DNA from: Octopus sinensis
Lineage: Eukaryota
Direction: 5' to 3'
DNA length: 64,000 bases
NCBI RefSeq assembly: GCF_006345805.1
Contig: NC_043002.1
Coordinates: 25,110,001-25,174,000, forward strand
A model generated the notes under the pieces. The model saw only the letters and a program-made list of their open reading frames with translations, did no database searches and was not told the origin of the DNA. Below are positions 35,892 to 49,008 of this stretch, in pieces (the stretch's first letter is position 1; each line of letters starts with the position of its first letter). A program made the translations under genes and the position numbers.

Positions 35892-36322
35892 TCCTGTTCT
35901 ACGTGACACATTAAACCAGTATCCGAAGTTTCAAGGTATTTAGTTAAAAATAATTAATTAAAAAATCTGTGCTTGAGATGATCCAGGATCAAAAACTGTG
36001 TCCTCACTTTTTTAAAAAAAGATTTAGGCGTTGAAGGTTGTTGATATTTAATAGGTCGAGTGACCAAGTGTAGGCTTCATCATTGAGTTCCTGTATGCTT
36101 TACTATAATGTGTGCAAATATTTCGATGGCTTTTTATATGTGTATATGTGTATTCACGGGTGCGTGCGCGTCCGTTGTGATATCTGTCTCCCACTATATT
36201 TAATGATACCGGCAAATATATGAGAAACATTTAACAGCTCAGATAAGGGAGAATACTCCTGTATATTGGAACCTCAGTTATCTCCCTTACATGATCTTTC
36301 ATTTCTGTTTAATTTCTGCGTA

Positions 36323-37152
36323 CAGTCAACTCTTGCTACTATGCCACCCTACGGGACTGAGCCAAAGTGGCATAGTACCGAGGGTCTGTTATCTAAACAC
36401 TACATAACCAAAAATTTACTGAACATACGAATAAAAATTCATAGGGTATGAAGTAAGGCCAATAAGAAGTTCAATGCAATGGTAAAAAGAAGACATCCAA
36501 GTTTATTAAGTTCAGATTGCTTTTAGTTAATCCCGAAGCTCTCAAAAATTGTCGGCTGACGCATCTTCTTTCGGCGGATTTCATTCATTCCGTTGTCTAG
36601 CCTATCACACGCCTGCATGACGCTGGGTTTTCCGCTGCTCTGCTGCTGCATAAACTTTCGGATAGTGCTCCATGCTCTCTGGGCATCTGCAAACGAAACG
36701 TATTCCTCTTCCACAATTACGTCGTCGTCTTCACTTTCCACCGGCTCTTCGTTATGCATTACCTCCTTTGCTATTTCTTCTAGAGTGAAACATGTCGGAC
36801 AATACAAGGGGCGATAACTTGTATCAGATATTACTAATGATACGAGGGGTCCGAAAATAACGCTTTTCGCAGCATCGATAATCTCCTTCTTTTCCTTCAG
36901 CGTAAACTCAGCCCGCTTGCGTTTCTGAGCTGACATTGTGTGCTACTTTCTGAACTTTTCCACAAGATTACAAATACGAAATCTACAAAATGTAGGAGTA
37001 CAAAATTTCGAAAAGTTGCGTGCGCTTCAGTTTACAAGTGGCATAGTAGCGAGAGTTGAGGGTGGCATAGTAAAAAAATTTTTTTATTATTTGGCCGGGA
37101 CCGCACAAAACTGGCATAGTAGCGAGAGTGGCATAGTAGCGAGAGTTGACTA
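36323..37152 (-). mobile_element. Internally deleted pogo/Tigger-like element
   Basis: TA-flanked TIRs CAGTCAACTCTTGCTACTATGCC / GGCATAGTAGCGAGAGTTGACT. ORF 36523-36936 has a CENP-B/Tigger-like N-terminus (KRKRAEFTLKEKKEII) and a Tigger-like C-terminus (KMRQPTIFESF). Confidence 0.8.
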
Positions 37153-37458
37153 TATATATGACGTGTTTGGGTCACAGTTTTGATTTTAGACTCATGCACG
37201 ACAGTTAACTCACTTTATACAAAAATATTCCACCTGTATTAAGATAATTCACTTCTCTCAGTAACGATGTCTTTTTCATTTTCCTTGGTGAGGAGCAGTT
37301 AAGTATCGGAATAACTACAGTTTGGTGGTTTCACAATTTACTTCCTCATAATTTTCTTATAATGTAATATAATAATGCTTTATTTCTTTTACATTATAAT
37401 TTATTATATATTTTATAACAATATTTGATATGAAAGATAATAATAAGAATCTAATATA

Positions 37459-37671
37459 CAGGGTGGCCCAAAAGTAGGTTTACAGTTATTCAACTATCTC
37501 TTTCATATTCATATATTAACAGTTTAGATCCTAATTATAAAAATAAGTGAAACCATTATTCTATGCTAATTTAGTTTATTGTAAGATAGAAATTTAAATG
37601 TAATAAAATGTGTTAAAAGAAATTTAAACTGTCTATGTGATAACTGTAAACCTACTTTTAGGGCCACCCTT
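37459..37671. mobile_element. Tc1/mariner-type MITE (213 bp)
   Basis: TIR CAGGGTGGCCCAAAAGTAGGTTTACAGTTAT and its reverse complement; TA on both sides. Confidence 0.8.
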
Positions 37672-39046
37672 TATTAGATTAGCATAACCCATATTTAACC
37701 ACGAGCACTCACTCTCAACCATCACCACTAATATTCACATATCATCATTAATACACAACCATTATCACTCATACTTAACCATCACCTGAAACTGTATAGA
37801 AACCTGGCACACACACACATACTTGAATGGTGCTTTTTACATGCCACCGACACAGGAGCCAATCAGCGGCCCTGGCAATGATCACGCTCGAATAGTGCTT
37901 TTAACATTCTACTGGCATGGGCGCCAATGGTCTAATTCGACTAAGCGCATGTAATACATCCATCTGGAGGATTCCAGGCCCTAACCTAGGTGGGGTTATG
38001 TAATTTTTTAACCCACCAAAAAACTGTCTGGATATACTCGCCTTTGAGGCAGTCAGTGCTGCGTCTAACACAACCCATCGTATGGTTGACAGTCAAGTGA
38101 ATGGAGGTGTAATGGAAATATTGTACATAAATGGATACATTCTGGAAATGGGCTGCATGGGAGATGGTAAGGGGGAAGTAAACTGTTGAAATGTTGCAGA
38201 AGGCAACAGGTTGACATTGGATTACTGGTGTGGCTGTAGAATAAGAAACATAAAGTGTGCCTATGCATCATCATCATCATCGTTTAATGTCCGCTTTCCA
38301 TGCTGGTATGTGTTGGATGGTTTGATTGAGGGCTGGTGAACTAGAAGGCTGCACCAGGCTCCAATCTGATCTGGCAAAGTTTCTACAGCTGGATGCCTTT
38401 CTTAATGCCAACCACTCCAAGGGCCAGTCAGGCAGTACTGGCATCGGCCACACTCAAATGGTGCTTTTTACAGATCTGGCAGATTCTACAGCTGGATGCT
38501 CTTCTTAATGCCAACCACTCCAAGAGTGTAGTGGGTGCTTTTTACATGCCACTGGCATAGGAGCCAGTCAGGCAATGCTAGCAATGATCATGCTCGAATG
38601 GTGTGTTTTACGTGCCACCGACATGGGAGCCAGTCACCAGCCCTGGCAACAATCACACTCGAATGGTGCTTTTAACATTCCACTGGCACAGGTGCCAATC
38701 AGGTGGTAACTGTCATCGGCCACGACAACGATTTCACTTGCCTCAACAGGTCTTCGCAAGCGTAGTTTATTGCCCAATGATTGAAGGGTACTCTTAAATG
38801 AGCTGGTTATACAGCACTGGCATAGGCCACGGTTATGGTCTCACTTGGCTTGCCGGGTCTTCTCAACCACAGCATATCTCCAAAGGTCTTGGTCACTTGT
38901 TATTGCCTCGGTGAGGCCCAATGTTCAAAGGTCATGCTTCACCACCTCATCCCAGGTCTTCCTGAGTCTACCTCATCACATAATAATATGTAATAATAAA
39001 TTACTTGAAAAAATAAGGCATAATGGCTTACCACATGGTATGTATA

Positions 39047-40162
39047 ATAATAATAATAATAATAATAATTGTGTACAGTACTCAGGTGCACTACAACTCA
39101 TCTAAAGTGTATATATAATCAGGTATAGTTTCGACGGATTTCGGGAAGCATGAGGGCCTTAAAGGATGCAGTGTCATGGCAGTCAACAACTGATGCAGGC
39201 AGTTTATTCCACGCTTCAGCAACCCTGAGCGTGAAAAAATGTTTCCGAAAGTCATGGGAGCTGTGTTGCTTTCTGACTTTGTAGGCATGTCCACGTGTGT
39301 TAGACACATGGAGATCAAAAAGGTGTTCAGTGTTGTTGTTGGTGAGGTGATTGATAACCTTGTGGGTGTTTACCAAGTCCGTCGCTAGACGCCGGAGCTT
39401 CAGTGAATCCATGCCCAGGGAAACAAGGCGCTCAGAATATGGTAGGTGTCTGATGGAGGGTATGCGTTTGGTTGCACGTCTCTGGACAGATTCCAGGAGG
39501 TCAATGTTCTGAGCAAGATAGGGATTCCAAACTGATGATGCGAATTCCAAGTGTGGTCGTACCATAGCTGTATACAGTTTTAAATAGATGGCTGGAGAGC
39601 GGCTAACAAAAGTCTTGCTGAGTGATGCCAAGACACCCTCGGCCTTCTTGACAATTTTAGAGATATGCTTTGTCCAACGCAAATCACTGCTGACAGTGAT
39701 GCCTAGGTCACGCTCGCAAGAGGATTTCTTGATATCAGTGTTGTGGAGGGAGTATGTGGACGCAGGGTTTTTTCTCCCAAAATGCATGGTGGTACACTTG
39801 TCCACAGCCAGTTTCAGTTGCCAGTCTGTGATCCATTGCTGCATTGTGTCTAGGTCTGATTGCAGGAAAGAGTTGTAGACATCAGGATCAGTCCTCTTGA
39901 TTTCAAGGTACAGCTTGATGTCGTCTGCATATTTCAATACTGTGGCATTCTTTAAATTGGCATCTATGTCATTAATGTATGCCACAAACAGGAGGAGACC
40001 AAGGACAGATCCCTGTGGTACACCCGATGACATCTCATATGGTGTAGAGTGCTGTCCTAGAACTGTGACTACCTCCTTTCGGCTGAGGATGAAGGATTTC
40101 AACCAGTTAAAAAGGTCATCCCCCACACCCATTGCAGAGAGTTTCACCATAAGCCTATGTCG
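39047..40162 (-). mobile_element. 5-prime-truncated CR1-clade LINE
   Basis: Open ORF 39119-40165 with GVPQGSVLG, KYADDIKL, ERDLGI, VRPHLEFASSVW and FFTLRVAEAWNKLP; (ATT)n tail; 13-bp TSD CATGGTATGTATA (39034-39046 and 40163-40175). Confidence 0.92.
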
Positions 40163-40675
40163 CATGGTATGTATATAGTATGTACGCAGTGTAAATTAAC
40201 GAAATAAAGCAAATGAACAAAATGGAAGCACATATATGGAACTGCTAATTTAACAGTAAATGTCACAATAATTATTACAGAGAAAAGAATTATATATATA
40301 TATATAGGATAAATTTTTTTTAATGTAAGGGTAAATATGTAATTGTAAATACCTTGCAACTGCTGCAATGATTATTAACTGGTAATGGAATAGTAAATAT
40401 ATATTTTTATATATACCTTGGACCTCGCCACCTAATTGTTTTTTTTTTTTGTTTTTGAAGAGTTTCACCTCTAGCACTCACATACATATACAATGAAAGG
40501 CAAAGTCAACTTTGGTGAAATTTGAACTCAGAATGGAAAGATGGGTGAAATGTTAGTAAGCATTTTGTCTGATGTGCTAACAATTCTGCCAGCTTGCCAC
40601 CTCAAAGGTAAAGGCATTCAAACCGCTAAGCATTTTGTCCAGCATGCTAAAGATTCTGCTAGTTCACTGCCTTCC

Positions 40676-40710
<35 letters not shown>

Positions 40711-41370
40711 CATCATCATCATCATCGTTTAATGTTCACTTTCCATGCTGGCATGGGTTGGACGGTTTGACTGAGGACTGGCAAGGCGGTACTGGCAATG
40801 GCCACACTCAAATGGTGTTTTTTACATGCAACCTGCACAGGAGCCAGTCCAGTGGCACAGGCAACAATCTTGCTTGAATGTTGTTTTTCACATGCCACCA
40901 ACACAAGTGCCAGTAAGGCAACGCCAGTGGCATGTGAAAAACAATATTTGAGCGAGGTCGTTGCTAGTGCCACTGGACTGGCTTCTGTGCAGGTGGCACA
41001 ATAATAATAATAATAATAATAGTAATAATAATCCTTTCTACTGTAGGCACAAGGTCTGAAATTTTGGGGAAGGGGGCCAGTTAATTAGATCGACTCAATA
41101 TGAAACTGATACTTAATTTATCAACCCCGAAAGGATGAAAGGCAAAGTTCACCTCAGCAGTATTTGAACTCAGAATGTAAGGACAGACAAAATGCAGCAA
41201 AGCATTTCGCCCAGCATGCTAACAATTCTACCAGCTCGCCACCTTAATAATAATGATAACAATGATGATGATGATGTTTATTATTATTTCAAATTTTGGC
41301 ACAAGGCCAGAAATTTCAGAGGAGAGAGGAAGTTGATTACATCAACCCCAGTGCTCAACTGGTACTTATT

Positions 41371-41650
41371 TTCACGCTGAGAGTTGCTGAAGCATGGAAC
41401 AAACTGCCGGCATCAGTTGTTAGTTGTCGGAGCACTGCATCCTTCAAAACTTCCATGCTTTCTGAGATTCGCCAACACTACACCTGATTTTCTCCCCTTC
41501 ATACACACACAAGCATGTATCTGACTCATGCATTGTTCGCTTTCCAGACATTTGTACATTACTGCATGTGCTTTGTATGCACTGTCTGACAAGTTGTGGT
41601 GCACCTGAGCACTGCATACAATAATTTCATTATATTATATTATATTATTA
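41371..41650 (+). mobile_element. CR1 3-prime-end fragment
   Basis: FTLRVAEAWNKLPASVV...EIRQHYT and a tail related to 39047-39240. Confidence 0.8.
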
Positions 41651-42168
41651 TATAACTCTGAAAGGATGAAACACAAAGGTGACCTTGGCAGAATTTGAAC
41701 TCAGAACATGAAGACAGACAAAATGCAGCTAAGCATTTGGCCTAGCATACTAATGACTCTGCCAGTTCACCACCATGATGATGATGATTGTTTCTAATGT
41801 AAGCACAAATTTGAGGAAGGGAAATACTTGACTGATACTTATGAAGAGCAAAGTTGAACTCAGAAAGTGAAAAACCAGAACAAATATCACAAAGCATTTT
41901 GTCCAACACTAACGACTCTGCCAATCAAACATCCAACTAATTCTTTCTAATTTTGGCACAAGGTCAAATAATTTTGATGGGAGGTGGCAAGTCAATCACA
42001 TCAACCCCAGTACTTGACTGGTACTTTATTTCACCAAGCCCAAAAGGATGAGAGGCAAAGTCAACCTAAGTGGTATTTAAACTGAGAATGTAAAGCCAGA
42101 AATGTTGCTAAGCATTGTGTCTAACATGATAGCAATTCTACCAGCTCACCTTCTTAATCAACCACTCT

Positions 42169-42392
42169 GAGCTGGCAGAAACGTTAGCACACCGGGCGAA
42201 ATGCTTAGCGGTATTGCGTCTGTCGTTGCGTTCTGAGTTCAAATTCCGCCGAGGTCGACTTTGCCTTTCATCCTTTCGGGGTCGATAAATTAAGTACCAG
42301 TTACGCACTGGGGTCGATGTAATCGACTTAATCCCTTTGTCTGTCCTTGTTTGTCCCCTCTATGTTTAGCCCCTTGTGGGCAATAAAGAATA
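42169..42392 (+). mobile_element. tRNA-derived SINE (family B)
   Basis: GAGCTGGCAGAAACGTTAGC...GAGTTCAAATTCCGCC head. Related copies at about 56929-57160 (+) and 62130-62410 (-), plus many fragments. Confidence 0.8.
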
Positions 42393-42428
42393 TCACTCTA
42401 ATAAGAAGTAATTTCAAGTATTGCTCAC

Positions 42429-42985
42429 CTGCTCACAGGAATGTTCCAAAACAGAATGGCAAGTGGCAGCAGTAGAGGTGAGGAATGGATCTCTGATATC
42501 TCTTCTGGGCTTCAGATTCTCGTTCATGACTTGCTGAGCATCAAGGAAAGACAAATCTAGCTTACTACTTAGAGTTGGGTCCACATCACTTTGTGGGTCA
42601 ACACTTTCAGCTTGCAGGTGTAAAGTATTATGACGAATGGAATTCTCATGGACTGCACTGTCGCCTTGGTTACCATTTAGTACAACAGAATGTGTGTTAA
42701 TACTTGAAGAGTCAGGATTGGTACCGGTGATAGACATTGGTGAGGAATTAACAACTGGAGCTACCGTCAGTGTTGCTGTAGCCAATGAAAGAGATGTCGA
42801 TGTGATTTCTGAAACATCAGTGTCTGTCTGAGAAGGCTTTGATGCCTGGTCTCTGAGAGCATCTAAGGCGGCAGAGTGCATTTCAGCCAGCACTGGACAA
42901 TTCTGCTGCTTGTGTTCAATAAACAACTCAACATTGTGGAACTGCATCTTACAGGCACCACATATGTGAATATCCAAAAAGGAAC
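42429..42985 (-). CDS. ZFP64: ZFP64-like coding exon 2 (N-terminal C2HC-type knuckle DIHICGACKMQFHNVELFIEHKQQNC plus S/T-rich linker)
   Basis: Lies within ORF 42414-43019. Acceptor tttcag|GT TCC, donor CAG|GTGAGC; 557 nt, phase 1 to 0. The motif resembles vertebrate ZFP64 DIHICGICKQQFNNLDAFVAHKQSGC (recalled from memory). Confidence 0.9.
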
Positions 42986-45900
42986 CTGAAACACACAAGA
43001 AAAGAGAGTTAATATTCATATACAGGTGCAGATATGGGTGTATAATCGAGAAGCTTACTTCCTAACAACATGGTTTGGGTTCAGTCCCATATCATGGCCC
43101 CTTAGGCAAGTGTCTTCTACTTTAGCCCCATGCTGACCAAAGTTTTGTGAGTGGATTAGGAGGATGGAACCTGAAAGAAGCCTACCAGGTGGTGCATGTG
43201 TGTATCTCCTTGTCTTGAAATTGCATGACAGTGGTAAATGAATGCTGCTCTCTTTATTATAGGCACAAGGCCTGAATACAGTGGGGACATAAAGACGAAT
43301 GGAAAATGATAATGAAATGAACATAATTATGATGCAAACGAGATGGCCATCTCGCCCCCGCTGCAAGACGAACCGTGAATACCAGTGGTAAATGAATGTT
43401 GATGTCATACAAACAGTGTCATTCCTTTCCAATATTGTGAGAGAACATGTCAGGCTTTGGAGAAATACTACCATGCTTGGAAACAGATGAGGGCTGATGA
43501 CAAGAAGGGCATCTGGCCATAGAAAATCTGTCTCAAATAAACTCCATCTAACCCATGCATACATGCAAAAGTGGATGTAAAAACTATGGTGGGGAGGGGT
43601 ACACATATTCATGCACACAGACACATCATCACCAATGTTTTAGTGTCTACTTTTCCATGCTTGCATGAGTCAAAAAAGACTACATTGGAGCAAAGTAGAG
43701 GTTTTTTCTACGGTTAAATGCCTTTGCAGATGCCAAATTTTATTTGTTTCCAAGCGATATAATAATCCCCAAGACTAATATTATGCAGAGAACTGGAAAC
43801 AAATGACACCATTTGAATAACCCTTTTGTTTACAACCAGTGAACATATGTGAAGATGTGGGGAAATACAAACTCACACAAACATATACATATATACATGT
43901 GTGCGTGTTATCATCCCCATCATCATCATCATTTAAAGTCTATGTTCCATGCTAGCATAGGCTGCACAGTTTGACAGGATCCAATGGAGTCAAAGGCTGC
44001 ATCATGCTCCAGTGCCTGCTTCTGCATGGTTTCTATTGCTAGATGCCCTTCCTAATGGCAATCTTTTTTTAACAGAATGAACTGAGTGCTTTTTTCGTGT
44101 CACCAGTACAAGTGGGGCCATCATGCAGTTGATGAGTTTATGCAAGAAGATGAGGAGCAAAAGATGGATAAGCATAAGAGAGAAGGGGCTAAGGTAGAGC
44201 AGGTTTCTTGCTGTAAAGGAGCTACATGAATATCCACATTTCAGAAATCAAATGGAGCCAGAGAGTGGTTGGATGGTGGAGTAGAAGATGACTGACAGTG
44301 CTGAACAGCAGAATAGTAATGATGAAATAGTAGACAGGAGAAGGATGAAAGTAAGATGATGTTGGATAGGTTGCATGAGTGGGTGGGAAAGAGAGGCATG
44401 AAGAAGGTGAGAGATATATGATAGTGGGGGGGGAATAGTTGTTGAGTCAGTAGTGGGAGGGGGGGGGGGTAATTAATGAAAATTTAGGTGGAGAGAACAG
44501 CATTAATGGATGAAGGGTAGATAACAAGTCAAATGGTTCTGGGTAGTAAGTAATGAAAGCAGTATCAAGAAAGAGCTGCAATTAGAAAGGTGATAGAATA
44601 TCTTGAGGAGAAAGGAAATTAGAAAAACGGGCCAGTTGTGCATTTATATCACACACACAGTTCAACCCCAGCAAGGTAGGTCAGTATTCTCAAGAACTGC
44701 ATACAGCCAGTCATTCCAGTCCATTATTGTCACCTCCATTAGGTTCAAGGTCCTGAGTTCTACCTTCACCCTTTCATCTCAAGCCTTCCTGAGTCTCCTT
44801 CTTCTGCAAGCTCCTTCCAAATTAAGGGATCAACTCTCCATTATAAAGTTATCCTAATCTATATGCATCACATGTCCATACTAACACAGATTTATTTCTT
44901 GCATACTAAATCTAATTCCTCTTATACCTAGAACTTTTTTCTGTTCTCTCGGCACATTTGTACTATGTCTTTCTTGCACAAGGAGGAGGAGGAGGAGACA
45001 GGAGATACAACATGGTGTATCTGCCACTGTACATTATGTAATTCAGTATAAGAGGCACCCCTATTTTACAACAATATTTTGTGGTTTAAAAAAAAAGATA
45101 TATTTCACCATACATTTAGTGAAAATGATTTTAAAACGATTTTGAAAGGAAAATATACTTTTGTGTAGGTTAATACAATATATATTGGAAGTATCTACAA
45201 AATCATATATAGTATTATTATGATGACCTTAGAATATTTCTAAAATTTAGAACAGATAAAAATAACTACAGTACATTGTTATTATTCATCTGTACTATCA
45301 GGAATATTACTAATGTCATGCTCCTTTTTTTAATGATTTCACAACTATCACTACACAATTACAGTATTCCATGTACTTTTTTACCAGCTCTCCCCCCTTG
45401 TATGATAATAGGTCTCTTCATTCTATCAACATCACTTCAGGTCTGAAGTCTGCATTGTCTCATTCCATTCCTCTCTGGGGAATACTGGTACATGGAGACA
45501 CAGGAAATACACCAGTGAGTACTGGTACCAAATCAAACAGCAAAAAAGAATAACTAGGAAGGAATTCATAGGAATTCCTTCTTAGTATCAAACAAAGCAG
45601 CAAGCTGGCAGAATCATTAGCATGCCAGGCAATGTGCTTAGTAACATTTTGTCCATCTTTACATTCCAAGTTCAAATGCCACCAGGGTCGATTTTGTCTT
45701 TAACCCTTTTGATGATAAAATAAATACCAACTGAAGAGAATCAAATTTGATAACTGGCATCTATGCTAGTGGTGCGCTAAGAGCACCATCCGAGGATGAT
45801 CGTTGCCAGAGCAGCTAACTGGCTTCCATGCCGGTGGCAGGTAAAAAGCACCATTCAAGCATGATCGTTACCAGCGTCGCTTTACTGGCACTTGTGCCGG

Positions 45901-47884
45901 TGGCATGTGAAAAAACATTCAAGCGAGATCATTGCAGGTGGCACATAAAAAATACCATTTGAGTGTGGCTGTTGCCAGTACCACCTGACTGGCCCTCATG
46001 CCGGTGGCACATAAAAGCACCCACTACACTCGCGGAGTGGTTGGTGTTAGGAAGGGCATCCAGCTGTAGAAACTCTGCCAGATCAGATTGGAGCCTGTTA
46101 CAGCCATCTGGTTCACCAGCCCTCAGTCAAATCGTCCAACCCATGCTAGCATGGAAAGCGGACGTTAAACGATGATGATGATGATGAGCACTGGGATTGA
46201 TGTAATCAACTTACCCCTTGCCCTGAAATTACTGGCATTGTGCTAAAACTTGAAACTAATATTAGTACTGAGCAAATAGGAAAATTAACTGAATGCATTC
46301 TAACTGAAACTGGTATTTCAGTGAAAAGTATTGATTGATATTGTGAGCAGCAAAGTACTATAAATGTAAAAATAATGTATCATGAAATTTCATCTCTTTC
46401 TCTCTCTCTCTCTCAATGCACCATATCTACAGGCTTCGCCAACCAATCACTGACTTCCATACAGAAGTCTGAAGATTAATTTTTCTTGGGGAAAGACACA
46501 TCAGTTGTTTCCTTTCACTTTCTGCTAATTTATTTGGTTTACTTTTCTTATTTCCTTTTCTCCTGAGCTTACCTTGAGGCACGGACAATCTAAGTCTTAG
46601 GCAAAGAAACTGGTTCATGTGATATCAGGGCATGTCCACACATCAGTGGCCTTGAAGGATAATGTCAGCCTTCCTCCAAGTCCTGTACACCTTAGCCATA
46701 GAACCATCTTCTGCTATTTAGTTCACGAGTGGGGCCTTTGACAAGTACTATGATACCAGGCTACAGCAGTGCTAGGAATAGTGATTATTAAGGAGTGACT
46801 CCATACAGCCTAAAATCCTGAACACTTCAGCTAGAGCCTCACCACCAGATGCAGTTTTATGTGTTGCTCCGGACAAATTACCTAATCTTTCTCTGCAAAA
46901 CCTAGAGAATCATCATCACCCAAACTAGACAAACAAACATCACAAAAGTCTGAACATTTCATTCTTACAATGACATCTGTATATTACTATATTACTCTCT
47001 TTCATATTCATCATTGCTTTTATGTTCACATTTTTCATGTTGGCATGTTTTTCAAGTAAGATTATTTCTTCTTTCTTTCTTTTTTGAATTCCACATGTCT
47101 TCACACATCAAAACTGCCAAACTATGGGATACGCTGTTTACAAGGGACATAAAAATAATAACTTGTTGAACTACGAAATAAAGTAAATAATTTTTTCCCT
47201 GCTTGCAAGCTCTGACTGAACAGCATGCAGTATTACTTAACTATGCTGTTATCTAACATCCAGTTTTAATACCCACCTTGAAACCAATTTATAAGATCAG
47301 TCATAGTGAATCTATAATACTGTATACTTTGATTAATACACCCACTCTAGTGACAAACATACAAGCACAAATTTTTTTCTGACTTATGGATTCTTAGACA
47401 TGTCTGTGTGTGTGTGTATAAAGGTATAATTATATATTGTGCAGGTGGCAAGTAAAGAAACACCGTTTCGACCCTGTGCTTGAGGAGATCCATTGAGCCA
47501 AGTTCACCAACATCAAAAATCAATGGAAACTGCAGTTGCGATCCCTGTGCCGGTGGCACGTAAAAAGCACCATCCGAACGTGGCCAATGCCAGCACCGCC
47601 TTGACTGGCTTCCATGCCAGTGGCACGTAAAAAGTAACAATCCGATCGTGGCCGTTGCCAGCCTCGCCTGGCACCTGTGCCGGTGGCACGTAAAAAGCAT
47701 CCACTATACTCACAGAGTGATTGGCGTTAGGAAGGGCATCCAGCTGTAGAAACACTGCCAGATCAGACTGGAGCTTAGTGCAGCCTTCTGGCTGCCCAGA
47801 TCCCCGGTCGAACCGTCCAACCCATGCTAGCATGGAAAACGGACGTTAAACGATGATGATGATAATAACACTCATACATACAGT

Positions 47885-48402
47885 AACATACCTACACAAG
47901 TGGGTCCCTCACCTCAATTTTGTTTCCTTATAACTTTCAGGAAAAATGTCTTTTTAATGAAACTTTCTACAAAATACCTATCAGATTGTGTAGATTACAA
48001 TTATATCGGTATTTAATGTGAATGAAATATTGATGAGTGTGCACACATCATATTAATACACATCACAATTGTTTTCAAAGTTTCAAGTTTCAATTTGTAG
48101 ATATATGTAATGTGTATCAGTGTTCTTGTGTGCGCACCATGAATTTTATTTTTCGGATCTAAAAGTTATTTGTAGAAAATAACTATTTTTCTGAAAATTA
48201 TGAGGAAACATAGCCGACTAGTGTGGATTTTGCGAAACTCTTCCCACACTCAGAAAATATTCTTTTTCACAACAAATTCCGACATAATCAGAAGCTACAC
48301 TATCTAAAAGGTATTTGTAGAAAAATTCGTTAAAAAAAATGTCTATTTTTACGAAAGTTATGAGGGAATCAAGTCGGGGGGCACATTTGTGTAGATATGC
48401 CC
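47885..48402. mobile_element. Probable old MITE with diverged TIRs
   Basis: CATACCTACACAAGTGGG...TTATAACTTTC vs GAAAGTTATGAG...TTTGTGTAGATATG. Confidence 0.45.
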
Positions 48403-48416
48403 CATATATATATATA

Positions 48417-48933
48417 TATAAAATTAAATTTAGGGTAAAAATTGATATTTATCAATTAGAACCAGTGGTCTAGCATATTAAAAAAGAATCCGAAGATTAA
48501 AATATTTATATATACCAATTAAGGACTGCACACGAAAAGTGGACAGTCAACATGCTAGTTATAGACGTCAAATCGCCATTCTCCACAAAAAAGTTTATGT
48601 TCTCAGATCAAACTCAACAAAACCAAAGTAATAAACAAGTGAAAAATATACGAAATAAATATTTACCCATGTACTAAATTTAGTTTCAGCTGTTATTTCC
48701 CGCAAGGAAAAGTGCAGGATCATCAGCTGATGATGCTGCAGTTTTCCTTGCGGGAAATAACAGCTGAAACTAAATTTAGTACATGGGTAAATATTTATTT
48801 CGTATATTTTTCACTTGTTATTACTTTGGTTTTGTTGAGTTGATCTGAGAACATAAACTTTTTGTGGAGAATGGCGATTTGACGTCTATAACTAGCATGT
48901 TGACTGTCCACTTTTCGTGTGCAGTCCTTAATT

Positions 48934-48938
<5 letters not shown>
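48417..48938. mobile_element. Fold-back hammerhead element, unit 8
   Basis: Spacer-less palindrome centred at 48726|48727 (CATCAG|CTGATG); arms about 210 bp; left tail longer; (TA)n on both sides. Confidence 0.8.
48727..48788 (+). ncRNA. Hammerhead core lacking the 5-prime strand of stem I
   Basis: CTGATGA, stem II T-GCTG...CAGC-T with inner TTTTCC/GGGAAA, GAAA, palindromic stem III CTAAATTTAG, GUA, then CATGGG. Confidence 0.7.

Positions 48939-49008
<70 letters not shown>

Noticed and set aside
46573-46710. Possible cassette exon in ZFP64 intron 1 (donor CAAG|GTAAGC)
   Set aside because: Weak acceptor and an in-frame stop; no independent support.
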